Below, one piece after another: positions 12,020 through 25,388 of a stretch of DNA of 64,000 nucleotides. The notes beneath the pieces are model-generated. The model was not told where the DNA came from. It ran no database searches and saw only the letters and a program-made list of their open reading frames with translations. Position 1 is the first letter of the stretch; every line of letters starts with the position of its first letter. This DNA comes from Octopus vulgaris. Lineage: Eukaryota. The stretch spans positions 41,106,001 through 41,170,000 of the forward strand of contig OX597824.1 in the NCBI GenBank assembly GCA_951406725.2, in the 5' to 3' direction. The translations under genes were made by a program, and so were the position numbers.

Positions 12020-12420
12020 TCGTTGTTCAGTTTTTTGAGATTTCTTGCCAATAGAGAAAGGGCCAGTTTCTAACCTAGACCCAAGGCTCCTTCATTGGAA
12101 TTTCAGCATCAACAAGTATTTTTGTTTGTATGTATGTATATGTGCAGATTTGTATGCTTTGTTTTATGTATGTCTTCTCATGCATATAATTGCTTGTATA
12201 GACATACTCATATATATTTAAATGATAAACTGGAAAGTTTTACAGATTTTTATAGTTCCCAGTGATGGATTGGATCTGTAGTCTTTGAATCAGCTTTCTC
12301 TTGTCTGGTTTTGAGAAGCCTAATTTCTCAAGATTGGTATTTAGACAGTGTGCTACATTTCTCAGGGCCCCAATAATTGCAGGTATAAGCCTGAACTTGT
12401 AATGTGGATAGAGTAACTGT
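12020..12420 (-). mobile_element. R4/Dong-like (RLE) non-LTR element 3' end
   Basis: Minus-strand remnants YPHYKFRLIPAIIGAL and LQIQSITG, then a 3' UTR and (GACA)n tail. Similar to 33600-33850. Confidence 0.6.
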
Positions 12421-12444
12421 ATGTATGTATCTGTCTGTTTGTCT

Positions 12445-12878
12445 ATGTGTGTGTGTCTTTGCTTGTCTCCGCATCTCCGGTGTTGGTTTGTTTACGTGCC
12501 CATAACTTTGTGGTTCAGCAAAAGGGAATCAATAAATTAAGTATCAGGCTTAAAAAGTAAGTACTGGAGGAGGGAGGCAATTTGTTTGACTAAGCCCCTT
12601 AGTTCTTTCGTTATTATATTTATTTTGAGATGCTCTGTGTTTCTTTCAATTACTTTAAATATAACAAAGAATTTAGTAAAATAACTTAGTTATCATTAAG
12701 CTGGTGTTAGGAACACAAATTGTGACTAAGGTTTGGTGGAAGATTTTAATTCAAAACTTCTGAAAACAAGAGATTTGTACTCAGAGCCAGAGCTGGTTTC
12801 AGCCAGGTTGGTATTGAAAGGGTTAAAGATGGTGCCCTGGCTGCAGTCTAAAGACTGAAACAAGTAAAAGGATAAAGA
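12445..12878 (+). mobile_element. SINE family A 3' half interrupted by a TTAA-ended MITE (about 12595-12826)
   Basis: SINE A sequence resumes at AGATGGTGCCC after GAAAGGGTTAA. Confidence 0.6.
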
Positions 12879-13089
12879 ATATATACACATTCATAGATAC
12901 ATATATCTTGTATGCACAGACGTACATACATGTGTACACATTCATTCACACACACAGATGCATGTATACATTCTATATGTACATAAATACATGACACTTG
13001 GTTTGACTACTTCAAAGAAATTGAAAATACACCGGTTTTTTTGGGGGGTTTTTTGTAAAGTAATGATTTTATTGTGGATAGAGGAAAAT

Positions 13090-13163
13090 TCCAGTATCCA
13101 GTGGATGAGATTCTTTGAACTGTCTGAAGATTCTCACCCAGCTTGAAACTGTTGGTCACTGTC
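13090..13163 (+). ncRNA. Degenerate hammerhead motif with decayed inverted partner
   Basis: GT-CTGAAGA (13124-13130)-...-GAAA (13145-13148)-C(TGTTG)GTC-AC. 13090-13120 resembles the reverse complement of 13122-13152. Confidence 0.45.
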
Positions 13164-13243
13164 ACATATTGAATTCTCCAATACCTACAATAATGTATAT
13201 TTGTGTGTGTGTGTGTGTGTGAGCATGTATATGTGCACGCACG

Positions 13244-13290
<47 letters not shown>

Positions 13291-13330
13291 TCATCATCAT
13301 ATATATATATATATATAAATTAAAGCAAGA

Positions 13331-13461
13331 AAGAAAGGGCAAACAGTTTGGCAAGACTTGACAAGGACATTTAATTCATCTTTATTATAAAAGGCTTAGT
13401 TTTATTGTATAACTAAATTAAATGTCCTTGTCAAGTGTTGCTAAACAGTTTGCCCTTCTTT
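13331..13461. repeat. Inverted repeat, about 46-bp arms
   Basis: AAGGGCAAACAGTTTGGCAAGACTTGACAAGGACATTTAATT ... AATTAAATGTCCTTGTCAAGTGTTGCTAAACAGTTTGCCCTT, next to (TA)n. Confidence 0.85.
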
Positions 13462-13843
13462 TCTGCTTTAATCTATACCAGCTGGCTCAAAGGGAAGCCA
13501 CTCCTAGCTTGCTTTAGAAAGGGCAGTCACAAAATCACATCTTCAACTGCAGTTCAAACCACAATTTTAGTGTTATACCGATTTGAGAACTCAGAGGGCA
13601 TGCCCATTAGTTTGAGTCATCTTGACAAAAACTCCTTGTAAAGTCAGGAGGTATGAGATGACTATATTTATTTCACCAGTCGATATCCATAGGATGATGG
13701 TCATTTCACAGCCAACAACATCATGCAAAAATAATTTATTTTAGTGTATGTGGTATGTAGCTGGGTCCACTAAAGGAGCATTTTTTTGTGATTACCACTG
13801 GAGTATAGTAATTCATATATTTTACATTAAAGTTATATATATA

Positions 13844-15103
13844 CCATAAAAAAACCATGTAATTTGTGCACCTGTGTAATTTTTGCAGGTGATTTTCAGG
13901 ATAAAATTTGTTAAAAAATAAGCTTCTACTTGTGTAAAATTTGCACCCAAAAGTTTTCAGAATTGCTGATATAGCCATGGGAAAAAGGTTTTTGATTTAG
14001 TTGTATTTAGCATAATTTCGTTTATTAGATTTTATTAAATTTTCATTAACTAAAAATAATTTCTGTTTAACAGATATCACATTGAAAGCTATTAAATTAC
14101 AAAGTGTTTGTGTTGTTTATAATAAAGTTTATTTTGCATTTCTTGTCTGATCTTTAGTATACTGCTGTATGTCTTCTCAAATCATGATTTCTAGAAAAGT
14201 AGTTGATAAGAATTACCAACAAAAACAAAGCTGATAAATACGCATAGGTGTTGCAAATTAAGTTTAATTACCAATAAATATCAGCTTGGATGACACTTTA
14301 CTCAACCGACAGAAGAAGGTGACTGGTCAAACTGATTATGTAAACAGAATTCTTTTCCGCCTATTCTTGTCAGAACTTTTGATACGGAGTATCAAAATTC
14401 TAATCCCTTTCACACTTATAAAATGTCAAGCAAACATAAAAATTTGTCATTATTATTATTGTCAGTATGGGCAGAACTTATGAATTGTTCACTGCAAAGG
14501 AGAAATTAAATATGTTGAATATGCATTTGAACATGACAATAGTATTTTAATGTTAATGAAGCCATTGTTTGAAATTGGTGTAAGCAGTACAACAAATTCA
14601 AAACTATGCCTAGTAATAAACAGACAAAAATTAAACTATACAATCAAGATTACCCATATCATTACATTTTTTTTCAGTCAGGAATATCCATATCACTATG
14701 TATGTCAATGGTGCTTCATTGTGATAGGTAGAAACACCAAGCAATGTAAAATATGGCCCAGACCGTGTTTACCAGCATGAATGTCAGACTTCAAATAGTA
14801 GTTAACCATTTAATGGTTTTAGTAAATTTATACAGAAAAAGTAAGCATTATACTGTCCAGCATAAATAAAAGTCAACTTCATTATATTTAAACCATTATT
14901 TTTTTCTGTAGACATCTTTTCTGACATTAAATGAGTCAACTTCCGGTACGAATGTTTACATTTTATACGTCTTTTTTCAACAAAAAAAATTTCCGAAAAA
15001 ATTCTGGAAATGATCTACTCATGTAATTTATGTACCCATAAAGTTCATTTTTATTTTTGCAAAAAAAAAAAAAAAATTGCATAAATTACATGGGTTTTTA
15101 TGG
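13844..15103. mobile_element. Non-autonomous pogo/Tc1-like DNA transposon, about 1.26 kb
   Basis: TA-CCATAAAAAAACCATGTAATTTGTGCA ... TGCATAAATTACATGGGTTTTTATGG-TA, with subterminal TGTAATTT repeats. Confidence 0.7.
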
Positions 15104-15552
15104 TATATGTTTATATATTTGTGTGTGTCTGTCTTTACAATTTAAAAAATTCATGAAAAAAATAAAAGCATATTTCAGCAGTTTATGTGCAGCTAATAGG
15201 ACCCATATGGAAGTGTTCTGATGTTTCCAATAAAACTTATTTTGTTTGCCTATATTTTTCAATTAACTCTGCTGAATTATATTTCGTTTTTCAAATTGTA
15301 AAGGTAATTTATAGGCACCCTATATATATTTGTGTATGGTTGTGTGTGCGTGTGTATGTGTGCATATATGTATGCATGCATACACATCCACTCATGTAGT
15401 TATATATGTAGTTACATATGTGCGTGCATGAGTTTATATGTGTATTTACATATGTGCTTGTGTATGTATGTGTGTGTGTGTGTGTGTGTGCGTACTTACA
15501 CACATTCATATGTAAACACAAAATCATACATCTCTTTTATCTCTATTTTCAG

Positions 15553-15692
15553 GCAGCGATTCTGTTTTTGAAACAGCAGAGACGTTTGTTAAATCCACCG
15601 CCAAACGTTTGTCGTTGAAGCGGAAGTGCTCAATCAGCCGTGTTCCCACAAGCACCCCTCCAGGAAGTCCTACTGTTTATGTCAGGAAATGA
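15553..15692 (+). CDS. Probable terminal coding exon of an unidentified host gene
   Basis: Polypyrimidine tract and TTTTCAG acceptor. Phase-1 frame reads (G)SDSVFETAETFVKSTAKRLSLKRKCSISRVPTSTPPGSPTVYVRK-TGA. GC-richer, non-repetitive, followed by AT-rich UTR-like sequence. Confidence 0.6.
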
Positions 15693-16161
15693 AACTGGAC
15701 CTACTAGAAACTCTCCTTACTTTTAAGCTTCCAAGTATCATCCACATATTTAAAAAAAAAAGAAAGAAAAAAAAAGAAAAAAAAAGAAAAAAAACCTTAA
15801 AACTGAAGTCGAACCTTAAAAGGTGATCTTCAATGAAATGTTCTTAGCTGTTTGTTGTTACAATGTCAAATTTTTTTTTTGGACTGAGATTAGTGGGGGA
15901 GATGGTGGTGAAGTTCAAATCTTGATGTTATTGTTATAATTATTTGTTATTGTTTCAAAATTAATTTTTGTTGTTTTTTTTGTTTCCTAAATTATTTCAA
16001 TTTTTCGTTCCATTTTAATATTATTTCAGATGTTTTTGTATCATTTTTCTTTTGTTTGACCATTATAGTTAATTTTTCCTTGTTTTCCTTCCTTTGTTTT
16101 CCCCTCATTCTTTTCCTTCCTTCTTTCTTTCCTTCTCACATTTTGCCTTCTCTAGATTACT

Positions 16162-16382
16162 TTAACCCTCTAGCATTCGAACCACCAGTCATATCCAGCC
16201 TGAATATCCTACCTGTTTTATATTCAAACCAATCAGATCCAACCTTCCACACCTACCCTTCTAGAAACAAGCAATCACATCATGAAAATTTCAAAGCTAC
16301 AAGATAATGCCTGATTAATTCAAAACAATGTGAATAAATAGGCATTACATTTGACAGAGTAATCTGAATGCTAAAGAGTTAA
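16162..16382. mobile_element. piggyBac-type MITE (family E), opposite orientation
   Basis: TTAA-CCCTCTAGCATTC ... GAATGCTAAAGAG-TTAA. Confidence 0.8.
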
Positions 16383-16883
16383 TAGTAGTTTGTGAAACAA
16401 AATGCTTTATCTCATCATCAGTGGATCCTTGAAACCAAAGGACTGCTATAATCTTTACCGCCATCTGCCTACTAATGTAAGCTTATACATTTGCATTTTT
16501 TCTCTTCTACCACTTAGGATAAGATGCTAATCTGTATCAGCCTTGTCTTCCAGACAGAATTGGTTCTTAGGTTTTGAGAATGCATATATGTAAATGTGTG
16601 TGTGTGTGCATGTGTGTATGTGTGTAGACGTATAGATTGATCTTTTCATATTCTTACACAGTGGCCTCTGCTGTTTCAGCAAAGTGTATGTTTGTTAAGC
16701 AGCTCCTTTCATGATGCTTATTGAACCTGTGGTGGAATAGTGATGGCCTTATTGTGATACAACTTTGAATTCTTTAATAATTGTGGCCTAGCATACTTAC
16801 CCGAATGAATTACTGAACTAACCCTTACATACATACATACATATATACATAAATACATACATACATATATATATTTATATGCA

Positions 16884-16953
<70 letters not shown>

Positions 16954-17078
16954 CCCATCCAGCTATCCATCTATCCATCCATCCACACATACACACACAA
17001 GTGACTATCAAATAACATTACACTTGAAACTGAAGAGTACCAACAAATTTCAATCAAACTATTTCAATCCACATACAT

Positions 17079-17146
<68 letters not shown>

Positions 17147-17329
17147 TCACTCACACATATTTACACAGAACAGTGCACTATCTTTATGTATTTACATGCA
17201 TATATATGCATATATTTGTGTGCATATATATATGTATTTATATGTATATTTGTATGTATATATATGTATATACATATTTACATGTATGTGTATATATGTG
17301 TACGTCATGATGATGATGTACATATATAC

Positions 17330-18110
17330 GTAATGAAAATGGTGCTGATACCGGCTCAATGGATGATAAAGATAATTACAGATGTAGGGATAGTGGTAAT
17401 AAGAATTCTGGATTTGAACAGAATTATAATGTTAAGATAATAACAAATGAAAGTGTAAATGTGAAAATGAGAGAAATATTACTAATGATAATAGTAACAA
17501 AAATTTAAACAAAAATATAAATAAAAATAAAAATAAATATATCAATAAAAATACAAATAAAAATGTAGATGCAGATATAAATATAAATTTAAATAAGAGT
17601 AAGAATATAAACTACTCCACGTGTAGCAATAGAAGTCAACATTATCTGGCAAGCCAATTTCTAAGACCAAATCTAGAGTCTGTAAGGTGATTTGGTTTGC
17701 CCCTCCCTTTTCACTAAGAGTGAAAGGTCTTCCAAAATTATTTTTCAAATTGTTGAAAGAAAATTTCCCTAAGCATCACAAATATTACACTATTTGTAAC
17801 AAATCATCAATAAAGCTAGCTTATTCAGTTACTCCCAATCTGGGGTCTATCATTGCTTCAATCAATAGGGAAAAAAAAAAGATACCTTAATGATAGAAGT
17901 AATAATAATGATGATGATGATGATAATAATAATAGTGACAATTACAATAATATTGATGAGAATATTAAATCTAATAATGTGAGACTCATTAATGGCACCA
18001 TCGATACTAGTAACAGAATTATGGAACCCTGTGAAATGGAACATGAAAGATGTACAAGAAATGCAAACATTGATATGAATAATGATAATATGAATGGTGG
18101 TGGTAATGAT

Positions 18111-18150
<40 letters not shown>

Positions 18151-18790
18151 GTAAAGCAAATAATCCAAATGTAGGCTTGGATGAAAGTACAATGAATGCT
18201 ATCGATCCTGACAACGGAGGGATGGGAGAAAGTGATATACTAAGTAATGCTAGCAATAAACCCAATAAATGGCAAGATAAGTGTAATTGTAGAGACCCTT
18301 CAAAATGTCCTATTAGTGGAAATTGTAACCAGAATAATGTAATCTGTAAATGTAGCGTACAAATCCATTATGGCCAAAGAAGAAATATATATTGGTAACT
18401 CGATAGACTTCAAGCAAAGGTATAGAAGCCACCTTAGTTCTTTTAGGATCCAAAATATAGGGTATCCACCGCATTAGCAATGTTTATAAACGACCTTAGG
18501 GAAAGGAGTGTAGAGTTCAAATTATCTTGGTCCATCCTGGTTCATGCCCCTCCGTTTGGAATTGGATCCACTAGATGTAGGTTATGCATCAGAGAGGCAT
18601 ACTTTATTTTGAAAAATTATAATCATGCTATGTTAAATAAATTTACTGATGCAATTCCAGCTTGCACACATAAGATCCACTTGATGTTTTTGAAAAAATT
18701 AAAATTAAAATAAGAATAAGAGTAGTAATAATAATAAAAAGTCATAATACTAATTCAAAGTAAGGATAATAATGATAATTTAAAATTTAA
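17330..18790 (+). mobile_element. 5'-truncated, frameshifted Penelope-like element (Naiad-like): RT C-terminus, linker and GIY-YIG endonuclease
   Basis: Across three frames: KVIWFAPPFS..KENFPKHH..IKLAYSVTPNL, CNCRDPSKCPISGNC (CxCx5C), NVICKC..EEIYIG..FKQRYRSHLSSFR, LSWSIL..CRLCIRE..LNK..C.H. Long Asn-rich inserts. Confidence 0.85.
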
Positions 18791-19614
18791 TATATATATG
18801 TATGTTTGTATTAGGTCATACACACACACACACACATATATGCATATATAAATATGTATGTTTATATTAGGTCACACACACACACATATTTGTATATTTT
18901 TATATAATTTATGTATGTGTATATATATATGTATATATGTATATGTATATATTTAACATATAGTATTTGCTTCTCTGCCTGTATGTATGTGCTGAAACAA
19001 ATGCAGATATATATGCTCATATATATGCATGCGCATATATATATATATATATACGCACACACACACTGACATACACACACATACACATGCACACACACAT
19101 ATATACACATATATCAGTCAGAATGCAATATCTCACTTTGGAACTTCAATTACTATGTTCCAAGGTACTTGTATTTTATATTATGTTTACTATTGAGCAA
19201 GGCACTAAATTATTATCCAAAATTGTGGAATTCCCTGCCTGGTTGTCTGGCAGTTTCTGCTTTTTACTACAATTGTTATTTCAAATTGGAAGTCCATGCT
19301 GAACTTTTTCTATATACATCATCATTGAAAGCTTTCTGCTTCTGCAAATCTGTTTTATCCTTTCTTTTTTTTTTTTATCTTGTTTATTTGACAGAAGCTA
19401 TTGTGCCTGCATTTATATTATTGAAGACAATCAAACACTTCAAGTGCTGTATACATATTTGTATATGTGTAACGTTGTGTTTGTTTACATGCTTTTAGTA
19501 AATATACACAAACCTATTGAATAAGCTTCTAGTATGTATGTATGTGTGTGTGTCTGTGCGATTGTATGCATCTACATTCATACATACATATATATATATA
19601 TACACAACACACAC

Positions 19615-19663
<49 letters not shown>

Positions 19664-20184
19664 AATACATATATGCATATATATATTTATATACATGTGT
19701 GTATATAAATATATGTATATATGTGTGTATATATATATATATGCATACACTGACATATACTCATGCACATATGTATATATGAATATATGCATACTCACAT
19801 ATACGTGCACACATGCATATGCACATACACATACACACATCTCTCTTTTTCTCCCTCTTTCTTACTGCCAGTCTGTCTGTATGTATACATACATATATAT
19901 TCGTAAATACACACATACACACACAGATACATCTATCTACATATATTCAGAAAGAAACACACACACACACACACACATATACATACACACACACACATTT
20001 ATGTGTGTGTGTATGTATGAATGAATGAATGAATGGGTGAAGCCTATTGTGTTTATTTCTCTAATAGCCACTCTTGATGCTATGGACTTGTTCCTAATTG
20101 AAGAATGTGGAGTTTAAGTTCAAATTCATTTGAGCACAAATGCATTTTCTATACTCTGCATATCTAGCTCCCACCTATTATCTG

Positions 20185-20215
<31 letters not shown>

Positions 20216-20549
20216 CTATCTATCTACCTATCTACTATACATACATACATACATACATACTCACACACACACATGTATATTAGGTTAGTGATGTCATCAA
20301 AAAAAAAATATGAGTAGTCAATACACATAGCTGAGTGAAATATTCATTGCAATTTGTACCATTGTGTTTATATTTTATGATCTTGAGTTTCATATCATGC
20401 AATATTTCTCAAAATGATCTTCACATGATAAAGCAAATCCTAAGTTGAGAATTATCTTCTGCAGTGACTAGTGTTTGCATAATTGGTGGGATATCTTATT
20501 CTATGTGGGTTTTTGTTTCTCTACATGTTGATTATTTTTACAAAATGGG

Positions 20550-20712
20550 TGAGGGCATGGCAGCATGGTAAGAAGCTTACTTCCTGACCACATGGTTTTG
20601 GGTTCACTCCCATTGTGTGACGCCCTGGGCATGTATGTTTTCTACTCTTGCCCCAGGCTGACAAAAAGCCTTGTGAGTGGATTTAGTAGGCGGAAACTAA
20701 AAGAAGCCCATT
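20550..20712 (+). mobile_element. SINE family A 5' half, diverged
   Basis: TGGTAAGAAGCTT..GGTTCACTCCC..GCCTTGTGAGTGGATTT..GAAACTAAAAGAAGCCC. Confidence 0.7.
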
Positions 20713-21059
20713 GTTATTGTATATTGTGTGTCTCCTTGTTTTGGCATTGTATGATAGTTATGTCACTGTCACTCAAGCAGTGTGATTTGATTCCAGTTTG
20801 CTTTAGAATCATGTTCAGTCAAGCAGAAATATTTCCTTGCTCAGAAACAGGTGAGAGTTGGTGACAGGAAGAGCATCTTGCTGTAGAAGGTGTTTCTCAG
20901 CAAATGGTGTGTGACCTATGCAAGTATGGAAAAGTAGACGTGAAAGCAGTATTGATGTTCTGGCGTAGCATGGTAAATTCCATTGTCTCGACCACGGTCG
21001 AACAATGATGATGATGAAACTCAGAATCATAAAGTATAAATACAAAGGTATTATTTCAG

Positions 21060-21090
<31 letters not shown>

Positions 21091-21179
21091 CATACACACA
21101 CATTTTCATTCACTATGGTCATTGCTTGGAATCAAGGACAACTCGGTAATATATACATTCTTTCACTATTTATTTTAGG

Positions 21180-21450
21180 TGCCTCTGAAGTTCTGAGCAG
21201 ACACTGACATACTCTCAGCCTTACTGTTCTCAACCCAGCATAACATTGAGGATGTGATAGCTGGTGGGAGAGAGGGCTGTGCCAGTGCCCAGCTGGCATT
21301 CATTTTCAGCTGAGTAAACTGGAACAGTGTGAAATGAAGCGTCTTGCTCAAGGACACAACACACACACACGCACACACTAGTCAGGCATTGAACCCACAA
21401 ATTCATGATTCTCACCTGAACATCCTAACCACTAGGTCCTGCATCTTCAC
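21180..21450 (-). mobile_element. SINE family C, diverged
   Basis: CAGCTGAGTAAACTGGAACAGTGTGAAATGAAGCGTCTTGCTCAAGGACACAAC..CCTAACCACTAG. Confidence 0.7.
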
Positions 21451-21879
21451 ACACACACACACACACACTTGTCTAAGACCATTGTGCATGAAGTTGACAT
21501 TTCATTACTAGGGAGATGATCTATTCACTTTTTATGTAATCAGTTTCCTATGTTTGATGTGATATGTGTATTAACCAATAATTCATTGATCATGTTAATC
21601 TTTTTATATGTCTAGCAAGTGAGAGCTGTGCCAATCTGAGATGGTTCTTTTTATGCATGTATATGCTATCAGACACTGTACACCACTGTAATTATTCTGC
21701 TTCTATACGCAGCACCAGGTTTGTCCCTATCAAGTGCTTTTGAAACCCATTTTATTGAGATGTGGTGATATTGTGATACAAGTTTTTTTTTTAATCTTTT
21801 ACAAGCTGAGTCTGGAGAAAGGGGTAGGGCTCAATAGTTTTGTGGGCCCACTGACACTAACGAGGTCAATGCTGTTCAT

Positions 21880-22150
21880 GTTTTCAGTTTAAGGTATAAC
21901 AAATCAACATCTGCAGAAAAGACACAAACCTGGAGAAAATTCCAGAAGGTTGATGTTTTGGAGATGAAGGATTGGACATTGTGATTTATGCAGGGAAAAC
22001 AGGGTTGGATGCTTTACGAGTAACAAAAGGTGGAGATTAGTGGGTCAAGAGTGCTTGAATGATGTCAGTACGAAACCCACCAGCTCTGAGGAACAGAGGC
22101 CATTATATATTATTGTAGTCGTAGAAAGATTATGGAGTTTCTGTAGGAAC
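21880..22150 (-). pseudogene. Possible CR1/L2-type LINE ORF2 C-terminal remnant
   Basis: Minus-strand QSFISKTSTFWNFL resembles the SF.PRT..LWNSLP motif. Heavily decayed. Confidence 0.35.
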
Positions 22151-22740
22151 TGTAGTTTTATTTCATTGTATTATCCAGAGTAATTGATGATATATGATTT
22201 CTGGTAGTTCTATTTTCTGTCTTATGTTGAAAAACATTAGGTGAATCTCTTGATTTTGCTTAAGATGTTTTTCTTTTTATATTTGTTCAAGAGTGAATAT
22301 CATACTTCAAAGGTTTTAATATTTTCCTAATGTAACAAAACTTTTTATGGAGAAAAATTTCTGTGATGTGCTGCTGAATATCGCATTTCAATATGATGCA
22401 TTTGAGAATTTTTCTTGTTGCTGACAATCATGAAATGCCACAACTCTTACTGCTGAGATATCTATTCTTCTACTTCTCCTCATCCTGTTTGAACATTGGG
22501 ACATTGTTGTTATTTTCTCAGTATTCTCCATGTTAGATCCAGAAGATAACTTGTCTTTCTTTATAATTTCTGCAGGAATGATGTTTGGATTTTTTTTGGT
22601 TTTATTATATTTCACATTGTTGATTTCGATCAGGCTATTAATTTGTGTTATTCTTAAAGGTTTCTAGCAGATTAATGGTAGAAAGGTCAAATAGGAAACC
22701 TGTTATGGAAGAATTCACTATTCTATCCATCTGTCCAGAA

Positions 22741-23042
22741 CAGTGGTTCTTGATTCTTTTGACATTGTGGTACAATGGAAATCAAACTAAAAAGAAAAAC
22801 TAAGGACACACTTTGTATGATGAAAAAAAAATTCATTCCTAAAAATTTAGCGAAAAAACAAAAAAGCACCCTATTGCTTACCTTGTTTTATTAATCATAT
22901 TTGTATATAACAATATTATAAATAATATGCTTTTAAGCTGCTCAGCTATTAATACACACTTTCTAAAGTAGTTGTAAGTTATGGTTTAAAAAGTCTGCAG
23001 CACATAGAGGTGTACTATAGGTACATTGTTTAAGAACCATTG
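22741..23042. mobile_element. Possible hAT-type MITE
   Basis: CAGTGGTTCTT ... AAGAACCATTG terminal inverted repeats. No TSD recognised. Confidence 0.4.
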
Positions 23043-23264
23043 CAATTTCTTATGTCAAATGTGAGATTAAGTGTATTATTTTTTGCCGTTTCTGCTTTTT
23101 AAACTCATTAAACTTTTAATTTATACTATTAAAGCTAGCTATAATGCCATTGGCAACTATTTATATTTCTTTGTCTTTCTGCAGTGCTAATAAGTTTTGA
23201 AGTTGATGATTTTGCTCTCGAGTTCATCATGGTAGTGCCATCCTGTATTACCATATTTATCTTT

Positions 23265-23556
23265 TCATAATGCTTTTTGGTTTAAGCTAGTTAGAAAATC
23301 TCTAAAAGAAATGGAAATAGTAACTATACTGAGAAGTAATGTTAATCTCCACATCAATATGGCTGTTCTGTAGGAACCAACGTTACTACTGTTTCTAACT
23401 CCAGGAGACGCCTCTTCCAGCTGGTTATTGATGCAATCTGCACCCGATATATATTGCAAACAAGGGAGCGAACCTCTACCATCTTCCATTGTTGGCAATG
23501 GGACCACCAGGACATACAGCTTTGAGCTATTTGTGCCCATCCTCAGTGGTGGACAC
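23265..23556 (-). CDS. Candidate terminal exon of a minus-strand gene
   Basis: After ACAG the frame reads (R)CPPLRMGTNSSKLYVLVVPLP...PCLQYISGADC...AILMWRLTLLLSIVTISISF..KAL*. In phase with the 25389 donor, but the acceptor is weak. Confidence 0.3.
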
Positions 23557-23819
23557 CTGTCTGCAAGAGCTATATTCTTTATTATGATAATATTTATTGG
23601 ATATAGAGAGGACAATACAGGACAGCACAAACAAAAAGTGTTCATGGATTCATAAATGAGTTTTAAAAATATAATGATGTGTTTAAATCTAATTAAAAAT
23701 TATTAAACCTTGGCAGTGAAGTCCACCAGCTACACTGTGCTACTTTACTATGGTTGAGATTAAGCAGGGTCATTTACCCCCAACTTTCTTTCCACATCCT
23801 TCCATCTTTTCCCATATAC

Positions 23820-24900
23820 ACTTCATGACATGCGTCTTTTCTCCAGCCCTATCTTGCTCTTCAGATGATATCTGAAGTAGTATAGCAAGCTAGGGCTGGA
23901 GATGAATCTTCCTGTCATGACTCTTTTCATTCTAGATTTCCATATACATTTTTTCAGCACTACAACTGTGCATAAGAAACATGCCTTACCTTCCTTTGAC
24001 AGTCCGGGTGGTGGCGCAATCTTTATCATGGACTCAGCTGATAGCTGTACTCTTCCCAGATGCATAACAGCATGTGTTTTGCGTAAATTATCAAGCCCAA
24101 AAGCTCCAGACACTGAACAAGGGCATGCAGAATGGTTTCATCATCCTACCTGCACCTTGGACATGCTAGTAGCACAGACATCCCATGCCTACACAGTTTA
24201 TCGCAAACAGGTAAAGCACTTCTATAGCACTGCCAGGCCAGGGATTTCTGGAAGTTTTCCTGGTACCCTAGCCCTTTTGCATCTCCTCCCATCAATCCAT
24301 TGAATGCCCCTGTTTGTCCATTAAAGACTTGATAGAGGCTTCTCTGACTCTCCACACGACATGCCCATCTGGCAATGGTGATACCTTCTCTCCCCACTGC
24401 ACAAAGTTTAGCTCTGCGGTTTGTATCGTTGCCTCTATGGTTTTTTCTGGTCTCATTTCCTTGGCTTCTTGTGTAACTATTTTGTTTGTTCTTCTCTGAC
24501 CCTTACACTTGGCCCCTTGCCTATAAATACTCTGTCGGGCAGTCCCTCAAGTACTTCAGGTTTGGCCTGTATGACTGTCTCGAGGGACTGACCTTTCCAA
24601 TTTTCTGCTTCCTTTTCTTGCATTTGCGGAATGCTCATTTCTTCTTCCAGGTCATAAGTAATGGCCGCCGCTATCCTTGTAACATCGAAACCTGCCGGAA
24701 TTTCTTCCCCTTTAATTTTTGTGGTTCGTCTGCCCATGTATGTCAGCAGTAATATCACCTCTTCATTTTTCAAGGTCATTGTAGATAAATCCTTTGCTGT
24801 TTTTTTCATTGGCGAATTGAACTTTGACCGTGGCATGCCTTCATCTATGTCTGACGTAAATTATTCTGTTCCAGATTGGTGACAAACACTTTTCTATCGC
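23820..24900 (-). pseudogene. Decayed, internally deleted L1/Tx1-like LINE (ORF1 piece joined to ORF2 C-terminal zinc-finger region)
   Basis: ALPVCDKLCRHG..CPRC..ETILHALVQC (zf-RVT-like CCHC), then GRVQLSAESMIKI..YHLKSKI. ORF1-like YMGRRTTKIK..PAGFD resembles 29880-30250. Confidence 0.65.
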
Positions 24901-25388
24901 CTCACTTTTATATGTCATAGTTCTGTTTTCTTTCATACTCTACATTTTGTACACAACAGTTTTTGCTGCAATATTCTGTAAAACCTGAGGAGGGAGTAGT
25001 TTTGTATCACTACCTGTTTTTTGACAAAGTTCCTATACTTAAAAAGTTCTGCCGTTGTAACTTCCATTGTTATCATGTTGCCGCCCACCATGGCTGAAAA
25101 TCTTTGCTTTTCCTTGTTGCACTTGCATTAAATTTTCATTATTTTTAGCCTTTTCCATCTTCGGGATCAGCTGACTCACTCATCATCCTTATTGTGCCTA
25201 CTCCCTCAAATAATTCTTCTCCTGCAATTTCTTCCCTGTCCATATTTTTCAGACAATTGATGATTTGTAGTCATTTAAATTGGGATAGTGTCGATTATGT
25301 CAGTTGGTGATACTCAGGAATCCAGCCAGAAAGTCTAATGACGGTTGCTTCTAATAACACCCTACAGAGAAAGCGCCTGAGGACTTAC

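Noticed and set aside
22388-22615. 75-aa minus-strand ORF
   Set aside because: No recognisable motif or splice context, so it cannot be supported.
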